A stretch of DNA of 64,000 nt from Hydrogenophilales bacterium CG12_big_fil_rev_8_21_14_0_65_61_21 (GTDB lineage: Bacteria; Pseudomonadota; Gammaproteobacteria; Burkholderiales; Thiobacillaceae). Below the pieces are notes generated by a model. The model saw nothing but the letters and a program-made list of their open reading frames with translations, was not told where the DNA came from and searched no databases. Positions 8,469 through 17,943 of this stretch are shown here, piece by piece (positions within the stretch are counted from its first letter, which is position 1; each line of letters begins with the position of its first letter). The translations under genes and the position numbers were made by a program. The stretch is from NCBI GenBank assembly GCA_002782005.1, contig PFGT01000074.1, positions 56 to 64,055 on the forward strand, in the 5' to 3' direction.

Positions 8469-9632
8469 TCAGTCTGCGCCCCAGTATGGGGTAGCGATCC
8501 CCTGGCCCAGATCGGCCTCTGCCAGACGGCGCCGGACTGCCAGCAGTTTCTCGATCAGCGCCGGTTCGGCGCGGCCATAGGCCTCGGCATCCGGGCTGCG
8601 CTTGACCACTACCCCGAGCACCTCGGTGATGGCATTGCCGATGGAATTCTGGCTGATGGTGACGATCAGCTTGCCGACATCATTGCGGTAAATGAGCTGT
8701 TTGAAGGCCGGTTGCCAACGGATCGAATTGGCATATTTGGCGTCGGTGATGCAGCGGTCGCGCACCCGCTTCGCGGTCTTCAGAAAATCGTTGTCAAACA
8801 GCAGCTTGTTCTCCACCAGATCGGGAAAGTAGACATCGCGCGGCATCGCCGAGTTGCGTGTCGATACCTGGCCGAAGAACACCCGGTAGAAATCCAGGAA
8901 GCCTTTCAGTATAGCGTCGTATTCCTGCCAGAAACGAACCTCCTTGAGCGCCGCTACCCCGCCCGTCACCTCCCAACTGGGCAGCCCTTGCGGATAGCCG
9001 GTCAGTGCGATCCGGCAGGAGCCGGATTGGCAAGGCCGCAGTATGCGCAGGTCCAGCTCGTTGAAAAAGTTGCGGTAGACCTCGCGCATATAGGCCTGGA
9101 ACAGGGAGTTCTGACCACCGTCAGTCAGGTTCGGGTTGTGCGGGTCGGCGCTGGGCGCGGCGCGCAACTCGGCCTTGTCGAAGGCCATGAAGTGGTTGTG
9201 CAGCATCCGGATGCTGGGCACACCAGGCGAGGTCAACGGCCAGGTCGCATCCAGACTGGCCTCGCCGGCCAGCAACAGGGCCTCGTCCGGGTCCGGGTAT
9301 TGTTCTAGCAGATACTCGATAATGATCTGATTCATCCGGTTCCAGACGTGCTTCACTGCGTCCGGCACCTGGGTGCGGCGCACCGGCCGACCGAGCGGGT
9401 CGAGTATGCTGCGGGAGGTGTTGTAGATGATTGAGGTGTCGAATGCGTTGCTGTGACCGAGCGCTTTCCGATACAGCAACAGACCCTCCGGGTTCTGCAA
9501 CAGGCCGTTGTTATGCACCAGGTCGTTCAGGTTCTCGGTGCTGTTGAAAAACTCGTTCGGCTTCATCCCGTCCGGGACCTCCAGCGGTATCGGACGGAAC
9601 GGGGTAACGATCTCTCTTGGGCAGGATTGCAT
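8469..9632 (-). CDS. Hypothetical protein, no family recognised
   Basis: 387-aa ORF with host-like codon bias and high GC3. No TM segment or signal peptide. I recognise no domain. Confidence 0.6.
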   Translation of the reverse strand: MQSCPREIVTPFRPIPLEVPDGMKPNEFFNSTENLNDLVHNNGLLQNPEGLLLYRKALGHSNAFDTSIIYNTSRSILDPLGRPVRRTQVPDAVKHVWNRMNQIIIEYLLEQYPDPDEALLLAGEASLDATWPLTSPGVPSIRMLHNHFMAFDKAELRAAPSADPHNPNLTDGGQNSLFQAYMREVYRNFFNELDLRILRPCQSGSCRIALTGYPQGLPSWEVTGGVAALKEVRFWQEYDAILKGFLDFYRVFFGQVSTRNSAMPRDVYFPDLVENKLLFDNDFLKTAKRVRDRCITDAKYANSIRWQPAFKQLIYRNDVGKLIVTISQNSIGNAITEVLGVVVKRSPDAEAYGRAEPALIEKLLAVRRRLAEADLGQGIATPYWGAD

Positions 9633-9696
9633 GGCTTACACCTTGTGGTATTCGTTGAAATAGGTAAATCTGTCTACCGAAAAGACAGAAACGCGG

Positions 9697-11166
9697 CTAT
9701 ACCGTCGTCTGCTGGTCGGCCTGTTTGCGCATTGTCCCCGCGACCAGCTTGTATTCGTATAGCCGACAGTCCAGGGGCCCGTTGTGGAGCGGGATGCGAC
9801 GGCTGGCCGCAAGCCGCATATGCTTGGGAAATTCAGGGTCGGCCGAGATGAAATAGGCAGACCAGCCAGAAAAATGCTGCTTCATTGCGCTGCCCAGATC
9901 GGCGTAGAAGGTGGCGTCAGCATCCAGGCGTACGCCATAGGGCGGGTTGCTGACGATGAACCCGGCAGCGGCCGGGGCCGGTATTTCCATGACGTTGCCT
10001 TCGCGCAGGGTGACGCAGTCCAGCAGGCCGGCCTCCTTGAGATTGAGGCCAGCGGCGCGGACCATATTCGGGTCGATGTCGCAGCCATAGATCGGTAGCC
10101 CGCGTTTTTCGCCTTGCGCGGCCTCAGCGTCCTTGCGTAACCGGGTCCATTCCACCTTGTCGAAGCCGATCAGGTTCTCGAAGGCGAAGTGCCGTTTCAG
10201 ACCCGGCGCCATGTTCAGGGCGATCATCGCGGCTTCGAGCAGTATCGTGCCGCCGCCCATCATGGGGTCCAGCAACGGCTGCTCTGGGGCCCAGCCAGAC
10301 AGTCGCAACAGGCCGGCGGCCAGGTTTTCATTCAGAGGCGCGGGCGAGGGTTCGACCCGGTAGCCGCGCCGGTTGAGCGGCTCGCCGGACAGGTCCAGGT
10401 ACAGGGTGTAGGCATCCCGGTCCAGGTACAGCAGGATGGGGACTTGCGGCGAGCGGGCGTCGACGTTTGGGCGCAGTTCCAGGTCTTCCCGAAAGCGGTC
10501 GCAGACCGCGTCCTTGATCCGCAACGTGGCAAAGTTGAGGCTCTTGAGCGGACTGATATGGGCAACCGTCCGGATGGCGATGGTGCGGTCCACCGCGAAC
10601 CAGTCCGACCAGGGCAACCGGTGCGCGGCTCGGTACAGGTCGTCTTCGTCGCGGTAACTGCCTTGATCCACCTGCCACAGTACCCGAATCGCCAGCCGGC
10701 TCCACAGGTTGACCTTCCAGGCCATGGCCAGGTCGCCGCTAAATTCGACGCCACTGGCGCCCGGGGCAACCTCTGTGGCGCCCAGTTCGGCCAGTTCCCG
10801 GGCCAGCTCGGCCTCCAGCCCGCGCGGGCAGGGGGCGAAGAATTTGAGCTGGGACGGCGCCGGGGGCGGACTGCGACGCCGGGGCGCAGCAGCACCAGGA
10901 CCGGCGTCCTTGCTTGATTTTACGGAGGTGGCGGGCGGGCGTTTCTCTCCCCGCCCTTTGGCGGCGGCCAAACTGGCTGGACCGCGCCGCTTGGCCTTCT
11001 CCTGGTCCGCCGGGGCCGGCTCGGCGGCGCTGGCGGCCGGCTTGCTCCTATCCCGCTGTAACTGGCTCCAACGGGCGGGCTTGTGTTTGCGGTCGGTCTT
11101 TTCGCCTTCGGGCTTGGCGCTCAGGGTGAGTTTTTTGCGTGCTGGTTTTTCTTCGGACGATGACAT
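9697..11166 (-). CDS. THUMP-domain class I SAM-dependent RNA methyltransferase (RlmL N-terminal half / YpsC-like) with a basic N-terminal extension
   Basis: The core starts at FFAPCPRGLEAELAREL (THUMP domain). The methylase motif IVSNPPYG is present. About 105 aa of K/R/P/A-rich low-complexity sequence precede the core. Confidence 0.8.
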   Translation of the reverse strand: MSSSEEKPARKKLTLSAKPEGEKTDRKHKPARWSQLQRDRSKPAASAAEPAPADQEKAKRRGPASLAAAKGRGEKRPPATSVKSSKDAGPGAAAPRRRSPPPAPSQLKFFAPCPRGLEAELARELAELGATEVAPGASGVEFSGDLAMAWKVNLWSRLAIRVLWQVDQGSYRDEDDLYRAAHRLPWSDWFAVDRTIAIRTVAHISPLKSLNFATLRIKDAVCDRFREDLELRPNVDARSPQVPILLYLDRDAYTLYLDLSGEPLNRRGYRVEPSPAPLNENLAAGLLRLSGWAPEQPLLDPMMGGGTILLEAAMIALNMAPGLKRHFAFENLIGFDKVEWTRLRKDAEAAQGEKRGLPIYGCDIDPNMVRAAGLNLKEAGLLDCVTLREGNVMEIPAPAAAGFIVSNPPYGVRLDADATFYADLGSAMKQHFSGWSAYFISADPEFPKHMRLAASRRIPLHNGPLDCRLYEYKLVAGTMRKQADQQTTV

Positions 11167-11184
11167 ATCGGTTTGCTTATTAAG

Positions 11185-11718
11185 TTATCTGGGTGCCTGG
11201 CGGGCCTCTTCCAGCAGCTTGTCCATCTCGCGCCGGTAGTAGACATAATCCATTTTCGGGCAAGGCGCCCCCAGACGAGTGGCGACGGCCGAGATCTGGC
11301 CGCGGTGATGGGCGTAATGGGTGTACAGGTGGGTCAGCAAATCGCGAATCCGCATGGTCCCGGTTTGGCCGTCGCTGCCGACGAGATTGACTTCGCCCTC
11401 GAAGAAACCATCCGACTGGGCTTCGAGCCATTCCTGCTGACGCCGGGTTTCGCGGCGCAGGGCGTTTTGCAGTTCGCGCCAGAGCGGGTGCCCGATCTCC
11501 CGCGAATTCACTTGCGGGCTTGCGCCTTGCAGGCGGGCAAACCAGAGTTGGCTGACCGCCAGCATGTGATCCACGGTGCCGTGGATACTCTTGAAGAACA
11601 ACCCCTCGTCCCGCTCCAATGCCTCCGGCTTGAGGTGCCCGAGCGCATCGAACAAGACGTTGTCGGCCCAGTTCTGGTAGTCGGCCTGGACCACGAAATA
11701 GCTTTTCCAACCATACAT
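11185..11718 (-). CDS. DinB-family protein
   Basis: Size and histidine pattern fit a DinB four-helix bundle (SIHGTVDHMLAVSQLW ... THLYTHYAHHRGQISA). Confidence 0.75.
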   Translation of the reverse strand: MYGWKSYFVVQADYQNWADNVLFDALGHLKPEALERDEGLFFKSIHGTVDHMLAVSQLWFARLQGASPQVNSREIGHPLWRELQNALRRETRRQQEWLEAQSDGFFEGEVNLVGSDGQTGTMRIRDLLTHLYTHYAHHRGQISAVATRLGAPCPKMDYVYYRREMDKLLEEARQAPR

Positions 11719-11730
11719 TTCGTTCTTCCT

Positions 11731-12789
11731 TCAGGGCTCGATGTTAGGCGGCGTCGACTTATCCGACCAGTCTAATCGGCCAGCCATGGCCTGGGTCAGG
11801 CTGGCCCGGCCTGCGGCGTCGATGCGTAGTGCCTCGACGATACCCATTTTACTGGCCAGCGCCCGCCACCCGCCCGCGCTGCCGATGAAGATCGGCTTGC
11901 TGGCCACATCCGACAAGACGCCCGCATGGGGACCGTGGGCGATGATGGTGACCGCCTGGGTACCCTGCGCCGGCCAGCCGGTGCGCGGGTCGATCAGGTG
12001 GCAATAACGCACGCCGGCCAACTCGAAATAGCGCTGGTAATCGCCCGATGTGCCGATCGCCTCGCCGTCATGAAGTTCCAGTGTAGCAATCGCGCCGGCC
12101 TGGCGGGGATGCTGGATGCCAACCTTCCAGGGCCGGTTGTCATGCTGGCCCAGAGCGATGATGTTGCCACCGATATTGATGAGTGCGTTGTTCACCCCCT
12201 GGCTGCGCAGATAAGTTGCTGCCAGGTCGAGGGCATAGCCCTTGGCATAGCCGCCCAGGTCGATGCGTAGCGCCGGGTTGAGAGCGCGGAAATGAGTGCC
12301 TTCGATGACCACATCGCTCATCCGTGGATTGGCTTTTATCAGGCGGGCGATCTGGGCCGGGTCAGGCCGATGCGGCACGAAGGTGTCCGACTGGAAACCC
12401 CAAAGCCGGATCAGGTTGCCGATGGCCGGGTTGAACAGCCAGTCGCCCTGGGCCGAATAGCGGCTCGCATCGCGCAGTATGGCCGCCAGCTCGGGCGACA
12501 GTGTGCCGGTGACAGGCGACTTCGCCAGTTGCTCATTGAGTCGTTGCAGATCGCCCGGCTCCCAGGCATGTAGCTCATGGTGCAGGCGGTCGAATTCGGT
12601 TAACACATGGTCGACGACCTGGCGGGCCTTGGCCTCCGGTTCGCCGGCGATGGTAATGTCGACCAGGGTGCCGAAGACATAGGCCTGTTGCTTGTAGGGC
12701 GGCGGATGGCCGCAAGAGGCAAGTAACAGCATGGCCAGTGAAAAGTGAAAAGTGACGAAAAACCGCCACCAATGCGAACAAGTCATCAT
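11731..12789 (-). CDS. apbE: FAD:protein FMN transferase (ApbE), lipoprotein
   Basis: Lipobox LLASCG. ApbE-like core (GGYAKGYALD, GTSGDYQRYF, HLIDPRTGWP). Confidence 0.85.
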   Translation of the reverse strand: MMTCSHWWRFFVTFHFSLAMLLLASCGHPPPYKQQAYVFGTLVDITIAGEPEAKARQVVDHVLTEFDRLHHELHAWEPGDLQRLNEQLAKSPVTGTLSPELAAILRDASRYSAQGDWLFNPAIGNLIRLWGFQSDTFVPHRPDPAQIARLIKANPRMSDVVIEGTHFRALNPALRIDLGGYAKGYALDLAATYLRSQGVNNALINIGGNIIALGQHDNRPWKVGIQHPRQAGAIATLELHDGEAIGTSGDYQRYFELAGVRYCHLIDPRTGWPAQGTQAVTIIAHGPHAGVLSDVASKPIFIGSAGGWRALASKMGIVEALRIDAAGRASLTQAMAGRLDWSDKSTPPNIEP

Positions 12790-13733
12790 GCCCCGCTCAC
12801 CGTTTGTTCCAGCGCATCGATGAACCGGGCCGCGACATCGAACCCAGTCTGGTTGGCGATCTCGCGGAAACAGGTCGGGCTGGTGACGTTGATCTCGGTC
12901 AGCCAGTCGCCAATCACATCCAGACCGACCAGCAGCAGACCTTCGCTCTTCAACAGCGGACCAAGCGTCTTAGCGATCTCGCGGTCGCGCCCGGTCAGCG
13001 GCCGGGCCACCCCGGCGCCACCCGCCGCCAGATTGCCACGCGTCTCGCCCAGCGCTGGAATGCGGGCCAGGGCATAGGGCGCCGGCTCGCCGTCGATCAG
13101 CAGGATGCGTTTGTCGCCATCGGCAATCTCCGGGATGAAACGCTGGGCCATGATCTGGCGTGCGCCCAGGCCAGTCGCCGTTTCCAGAATGGCGCTCAGG
13201 TTGGGGTCGCCGACGCGCAATCTGAAGATACCGCTGCCGCCCATGGCATTGAGCGGCTTCACCACGATGTCGCCCTGCTCGGCCAGGAACGCCCTAACCT
13301 CGGCGCCCTGGCAGGTCACCAGGCTCGGCACGGTAAATTGCGGGAAGCGGGCGATGGCCAGCTTCTCGTTGCAGTCGCGCAGGGCACGCGGCCGGTTGAA
13401 CACCCGGGCGCCGTCCCGTTCCGCCATTTCCAGCAGATAGGTGGTGTTGAGATAGGCCTCGTCGAAGGGTGGGTCCTTGCGCATCAACACGGCATCGAAG
13501 CCAGCCAGCGGCCGCCATTGCGGCTCGGCAGCGGCGAACCAGTCGGGCGAACGGCCGGTCAGGGCGACGGCCCGGGTCAGACCCGATACCCGACCGTTAC
13601 GCCAGATCAGGTCGGCCGGCTCACAGGCCCAAACGGCATAGCCCCGCTGAACCGCCGCCATCATCATGGCGTAGGTCGAATCCTTGTAGACCTTGAAGCT
13701 GACCAGTGGGTCGGCGACGAACAGCAGTTTCAT
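12786..13733 (-). CDS. gshB: Glutathione synthetase
   Basis: Typical GshB N-terminus (MKLLFVADPL...KDSTYAMM) with an ATP-grasp C-terminus (GDKRILLIDGEP...GNLAAGG). ATGA-type overlaps with both neighbours. Confidence 0.9.
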   Translation of the reverse strand: MKLLFVADPLVSFKVYKDSTYAMMMAAVQRGYAVWACEPADLIWRNGRVSGLTRAVALTGRSPDWFAAAEPQWRPLAGFDAVLMRKDPPFDEAYLNTTYLLEMAERDGARVFNRPRALRDCNEKLAIARFPQFTVPSLVTCQGAEVRAFLAEQGDIVVKPLNAMGGSGIFRLRVGDPNLSAILETATGLGARQIMAQRFIPEIADGDKRILLIDGEPAPYALARIPALGETRGNLAAGGAGVARPLTGRDREIAKTLGPLLKSEGLLLVGLDVIGDWLTEINVTSPTCFREIANQTGFDVAARFIDALEQTVSGA

Positions 13734-15028
13734 GGCGCGGGCGAGTGGAACTCAGGGTCGGTGTCTTCCAGCTCGATCGCCGCCGCCAGGGCGGCCAGGC
13801 GGGCCAGCACGCCGTAGGTGTAAAAACGGTTGACCGGGGCATCCGGCCGTGCACTGGCATCTGGCAGGGTACAGGCCGCCTCGAAGGCCAGCGGCACGAA
13901 GCTCATACCGGGGGCATTCAGGTTCTCGTCCATGCCGCGGCTGGTGTGAACCCGATAAAAGCCGCCGATAACGAAGTGGTCGATCATATAGATCACCGGC
14001 TCGGCTACCGCGTCATCAATCGATTCGAAACTGTAGACGCCTTCCTGCACCAGTACCTGATCGACTGACAGGCCCTCCTTGACCACGGCCATCTTGTTGC
14101 GGGTCTTGCGATTGAGATCGCGCACATCGTCCACGCTGCGGGCGGTCAGGATGCCCATGCCGTAGGTGCCGGCGTCGGCCTTGACGATGACGAAGGGCGC
14201 CTTGTCGATGCCATATTCCTGGTACTTCAACTTAATCCGTTTGAGTAGCGCGTCGACATTCGAGGCTAGGCACTCCTCGCCGTCGCGGGTCTGGAAATCC
14301 ACCGCACCGCAGACCGCGTAATAGGGGTCGATCAGCCACGGATCGATGCCGACCACCTGGCCAAAGGCCTGCGCCAGATCGGCATACGCCCGGAAATGGT
14401 TCGACTTGCGCCGCACCGCCCAGCCGGCATGAAGCGGCGGCAACAGGGTCTGGTCCGGGTCGAGACCTTTCAGTATGTCCGGAATGCCGCCCGACAGATC
14501 GTTGTTGAGCAGCACCGCGCACGGGTTGAAACCCTCGACCATGAGCCGGTCGTCGACCCGTTTGACCGGTTCGAGTTTCAGCACGCCGCCGTCCGGCAAG
14601 TCCAGTATCAGCGGCTCCTTGAGGTCCGGGATCAAGCTGCCGATGCGCACCGTGAGGCCGGTCTTGCGGATGATCTCGGCCAGGGCCGCGACATTCTGCA
14701 AATAGAACAGGTTACGGGTGTGGTTCTCCGGAATAATCAAAAACCGCTGGGCCGAGGCGCACATCTTTTCCACCGTCACCTGAGCGGCCTGCACCGCCAG
14801 GGGCAGAAAGGCCGGGTTCAGGTTGTTGAAGCCGCCGGGGAACAGATTGGTATCGACCGGCGCCAGCTTGAAACCTGAATTGCGCAGGTCGACCGAGGTA
14901 TAAAACGGTGTGGCGTGTTCCTGCCATTGAGTGCGGAACCAGTGTTCAATGGCCGGTTGAGCGTCGATGACCCGTTTTTCCAGGTCCAGCAGAGGACCGG
15001 ACAGCGCCGTGGTAAGGTGAGGAACCAT
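13730..15028 (-). CDS. gshA: Glutamate--cysteine ligase, compact ~430-aa lineage (Acidithiobacillus ferrooxidans-type, as I recall TIGR02049)
   Basis: Translationally coupled to gshB. The N-terminal block FYTSVDLRNSGFKLAPVDTNLFPGGFNNL matches my memory of this GCL family. Family assignment is from memory, not from a search. Confidence 0.7.
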   Translation of the reverse strand: MVPHLTTALSGPLLDLEKRVIDAQPAIEHWFRTQWQEHATPFYTSVDLRNSGFKLAPVDTNLFPGGFNNLNPAFLPLAVQAAQVTVEKMCASAQRFLIIPENHTRNLFYLQNVAALAEIIRKTGLTVRIGSLIPDLKEPLILDLPDGGVLKLEPVKRVDDRLMVEGFNPCAVLLNNDLSGGIPDILKGLDPDQTLLPPLHAGWAVRRKSNHFRAYADLAQAFGQVVGIDPWLIDPYYAVCGAVDFQTRDGEECLASNVDALLKRIKLKYQEYGIDKAPFVIVKADAGTYGMGILTARSVDDVRDLNRKTRNKMAVVKEGLSVDQVLVQEGVYSFESIDDAVAEPVIYMIDHFVIGGFYRVHTSRGMDENLNAPGMSFVPLAFEAACTLPDASARPDAPVNRFYTYGVLARLAALAAAIELEDTDPEFHSPAP

Positions 15029-15042
15029 AATGACTCGTTAAA

Positions 15043-15546
15043 ATGCCGTGTTCCGATTGTAATGCAAGGCCGGCCGCCGCTACCGTGTTCCATATCGTCC
15101 TGTTCCAACCCGAAATACCGCCCAATACCGGCAACATCATCCGCCTGAGCGCCAATACCGGTTGCCGGCTGCATCTGATCAAGCCGCTGGGCTTCGAATT
15201 GACCGACAGACACATGCGCCGCGCCGGACTGGATTATCACGAATATGTTGACCTCCATATTCACGACCACTGGGATGCCGCCAAGGCCATCCTGCCGCCG
15301 ACCCGCTATGCCTTCACCACCAAGGTGTCGCACCCCTATCACAAAGTCGTCTTCAAGCCAGGCGATGTCTTCGTGTTTGGGCCGGAAACACGGGGGCTAC
15401 CCGAAGACGTGCTGACCGACTTCCTGCCGGAGAACCGCTTGCGGCTGCCGATGCTGGCGGGCCAGCGCAGTTTGAACCTGTCCAATGCCGTGGCGGTGAC
15501 CGTGTTCGAGGCCTGGCGACAGTTGGGTTTCAGCGGTGGAATCTGA
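15043..15546 (+). CDS. trmL: tRNA (cytidine/uridine(34)-2'-O)-methyltransferase TrmL (SpoU family)
   Basis: [25 protein letters not shown] and the C-terminal knot region LNLSNAVAV. The true start may be the GTG at 15085 (VFHIVLF). Confidence 0.9.
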   Translation: MPCSDCNARPAAATVFHIVLFQPEIPPNTGNIIRLSANTGCRLHLIKPLGFELTDRHMRRAGLDYHEYVDLHIHDHWDAAKAILPPTRYAFTTKVSHPYHKVVFKPGDVFVFGPETRGLPEDVLTDFLPENRLRLPMLAGQRSLNLSNAVAVTVFEAWRQLGFSGGI

Positions 15547-15711
15547 TCGTTAAAACGACCGTTGGACGAGGCCGCTGCTCGCAAAATTCGGCTGGGCGAG
15601 GACAGATTTTGCCGGTCAATAGTCGTTCTATTGACCAAAAAAAGCGGCGGAATATGGACCGTTCCGACGGTTTTGCAGCCGATTTTCTTAAGTCTGACAG
15701 ACTCCTAGAGG

Positions 15712-16692
15712 CTACTCGTCCTTGATGTCGCGGTTCAATAGCGCCGCGACCGCTTCCTTGGGCGGCTGCTCCTGTTCCAGGATGCCGCGCACGGCTTCGG
15801 CGATGGGCATGTCCACGTTCATTTCCCGCGCCAGTCTGGCGACTTCGCGCGCCGTGGTGACGCCTTCGGCGACGTGGCCGAGTTCGCGCAGGATACCTTC
15901 CAGGCTTTCGCCCTGGGCCAGTTTGAGTCCCACCTGGCGGTTGCGGGACAGGTCGCCGGTACAGGTCAGTATCAAGTCGCCCATGCCCGACAGGCCCATG
16001 AAGGTATCCAGCCGACCGCCCAGACGCAGGCCGAGCCGGGCGATCTCGGCCAGGCCACGGGTAATCAGCGCGGCCCGGGCATTGAGACCGAAGCCCAGGC
16101 CGTCGGAGATGCCGGCGGCGATGGCGATGACGTTCTTGACCGCGCCGCCGACCTCGACGCCGATCAGGTCGTTACTGGAGTAGAGACGCATCCGGAGACG
16201 GTGCAGATCGCGGGCGACCTGGCGGGCGAATTCGGCATCGAGCGAGGCCACGGTCAGCGCCACCGGCTGACCCGCCGCCACTTCCTGGGCAAAGCTGGGT
16301 CCGGACAGGGCCGCAGCGTCGGCATGTTCCGGCCATTCCTCGGCCAGGACCTCGTGGGGCAGCTTCATGGTGCCGGTCTCGAACCCCTTGCACAGCCAGA
16401 TCAACGGCGCGGCTGCGCCGTGACCACGCAACTGCCGTAACAGATCGCGATACCCCGAGGTTGGCACGGCGGCGATGAGATAGTCGGCGGCACGGATCGC
16501 GACCGATAAATCGGACTGGATGTCCAGTCCGGCCAACTGGGAGCCCGGCAGGTAGCGGTCGTTGGTCCCACTATGAACCATCCGCTCGGCCTGCTCGGGG
16601 TTGCGGGTCCACAATGTCACCTCGGCGCCGCCACGCAGTTGCATGGCCAGGGCTGTGCCCCAGGCGCCGGCGCCCAGAAGCGCTATTTTCAT
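15712..16692 (-). CDS. gpsA: NAD(P)H-dependent glycerol-3-phosphate dehydrogenase
   Basis: MKIALLGAGAWGTALA Rossmann N-terminus and GpsA core motifs. Canonical position after secB. Confidence 0.95.
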   Translation of the reverse strand: MKIALLGAGAWGTALAMQLRGGAEVTLWTRNPEQAERMVHSGTNDRYLPGSQLAGLDIQSDLSVAIRAADYLIAAVPTSGYRDLLRQLRGHGAAAPLIWLCKGFETGTMKLPHEVLAEEWPEHADAAALSGPSFAQEVAAGQPVALTVASLDAEFARQVARDLHRLRMRLYSSNDLIGVEVGGAVKNVIAIAAGISDGLGFGLNARAALITRGLAEIARLGLRLGGRLDTFMGLSGMGDLILTCTGDLSRNRQVGLKLAQGESLEGILRELGHVAEGVTTAREVARLAREMNVDMPIAEAVRGILEQEQPPKEAVAALLNRDIKDE

Positions 16693-16698
16693 GGCGAA

Positions 16699-17163
16699 TC
16701 AGTCGGTTTTTGGTTGAGCCTGAGCTTGAGCCTGCGCCCGTTGCTGTAGATAAATCGCCTCGAAATTGACCGGCTGTAGATAGAGGGCCGGGAAGCCGGC
16801 GCGGGCGGCGGCATCGGATACCGTCTCGCGCAGATAGGGAAACAGGATGTTCGGGCAGCCAACCGCCAGCATCGGCTCCAGCGCTTCCTGGGGCAGGTTC
16901 TGGACACGGAAGATGCCGGCCTGATGGGCCTCGACCAGGAAGGCGGTCTTGTCGCCGATCTTGGCATTGACCACGGCGGTCAATGTGGTCTGATAGATGC
17001 CTTCATCGACCGCCTCGCTTTGATTGCGCAACTGCACGTCGATCTGGGGCGGGGTTTGCTCCAGAAAGATTTGCGGGGCGTTGGGCACCTCGACCGACAG
17101 GTCTTTCAGGTAAATTTTTTCGATATTGAATCCAGGCGCGGCGGCTTGCTCTTGTTCGCTCAT
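16699..17163 (-). CDS. secB: Protein-export chaperone SecB
   Basis: FNIEKIYLKDLSVEVPNAP ... LFPYLRETVSD, plus an acidic/Q-rich tail. Confidence 0.95.
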   Translation of the reverse strand: MSEQEQAAAPGFNIEKIYLKDLSVEVPNAPQIFLEQTPPQIDVQLRNQSEAVDEGIYQTTLTAVVNAKIGDKTAFLVEAHQAGIFRVQNLPQEALEPMLAVGCPNILFPYLRETVSDAAARAGFPALYLQPVNFEAIYLQQRAQAQAQAQPKTD

Positions 17164-17208
17164 TTTGTCTTCCAGGTCAGTACGGGTGTAAACGTGGCAT
17201 TATACCGA

Positions 17209-17631
17209 TTACAGACGCTGCCGAAGCCAGGCGGCCAACTGCGGCCCGGCCAGGGCGCCGGATACTCGGTCCAGTTCGCGACCGCCCTTGAATATCGCCA
17301 GGGTGGGGATACTACGGATGTTGTAGCGCGCGGCCAGACTCTGCTCGGCCTCGGTGTCGACCTTCACGAAGCGCACCTGCCCGCCATATTGACCGGCCAT
17401 CTGGCTAAAGGTGGGGGCGAACTGCTTGCATGGACCGCACCAGGGCGCCCAGAAATCGACCAGCACGGGCAAGCCGTCTCGGGTGATAAAACGCTCGAAT
17501 GTCGCAGCAGTCAGTACGATCGGTGCGGCGGGCAGTACGGCGCCGCCGCACTTGCCGCATTTCGGGTTATCGCCGAGGCGCTCGGCCGGGACCCGATTGA
17601 CGGCGCCACAGTTAGGGCAAACCAGTTCCAT
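17209..17631 (-). CDS. trxC: Thioredoxin 2 (N-terminal zinc finger plus thioredoxin fold)
   Basis: CPNCGAVN...CGKCG zinc-finger pair followed by the WAPWCGPCK active site. Confidence 0.9.
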   Translation of the reverse strand: MELVCPNCGAVNRVPAERLGDNPKCGKCGGAVLPAAPIVLTAATFERFITRDGLPVLVDFWAPWCGPCKQFAPTFSQMAGQYGGQVRFVKVDTEAEQSLAARYNIRSIPTLAIFKGGRELDRVSGALAGPQLAAWLRQRL

Positions 17632-17684
17632 GATGCACTCCTGAAAAACGTATCAGAAGTGAAGTGGCGCCGAAGCGCCCGATT

Positions 17685-17942
17685 TCAAGCCGCCAGCAAG
17701 GGGTCGAGACCACCGCCCGAGTCAAGCGCCGAGAGATCGTCGAAGCCGCCGACATGACGATCGCCGATGAAAATCTGCGGCACGGTGCGGCGGCCGGTAA
17801 TTTCGATCATCGCGTCGCGTTGCGCCGGATCAAGGTCGATGCGGATCTTTTCGATCTCGGTTACGCCCTTATTGCCGAGTAACCGCTCGGCCATCTGGCA
17901 GTAGGGGCAGGTTGCGGTGCAGTACATCTTGACGTGGGGCAT
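17685..17942 (-). CDS. grxC: Glutaredoxin 3
   Basis: 85 aa with CPYC active site (YCTATCPYCQMAERLL) and the TVPQIFI motif. Confidence 0.95.
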   Translation of the reverse strand: MPHVKMYCTATCPYCQMAERLLGNKGVTEIEKIRIDLDPAQRDAMIEITGRRTVPQIFIGDRHVGGFDDLSALDSGGGLDPLLAA

Positions 17943-17943
17943 C

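Noticed and set aside
15614-15643. 9-bp hairpin GGTCAATAG-TCGTT-CTATTGACC between convergent trmL and gpsA, considered as a terminator.
   Set aside because: The flanking tracts are the wrong way round, with T's upstream and A's downstream on the plus strand. It is therefore not a canonical intrinsic terminator for either gene. It may still be a REP-like or protein-binding hairpin.
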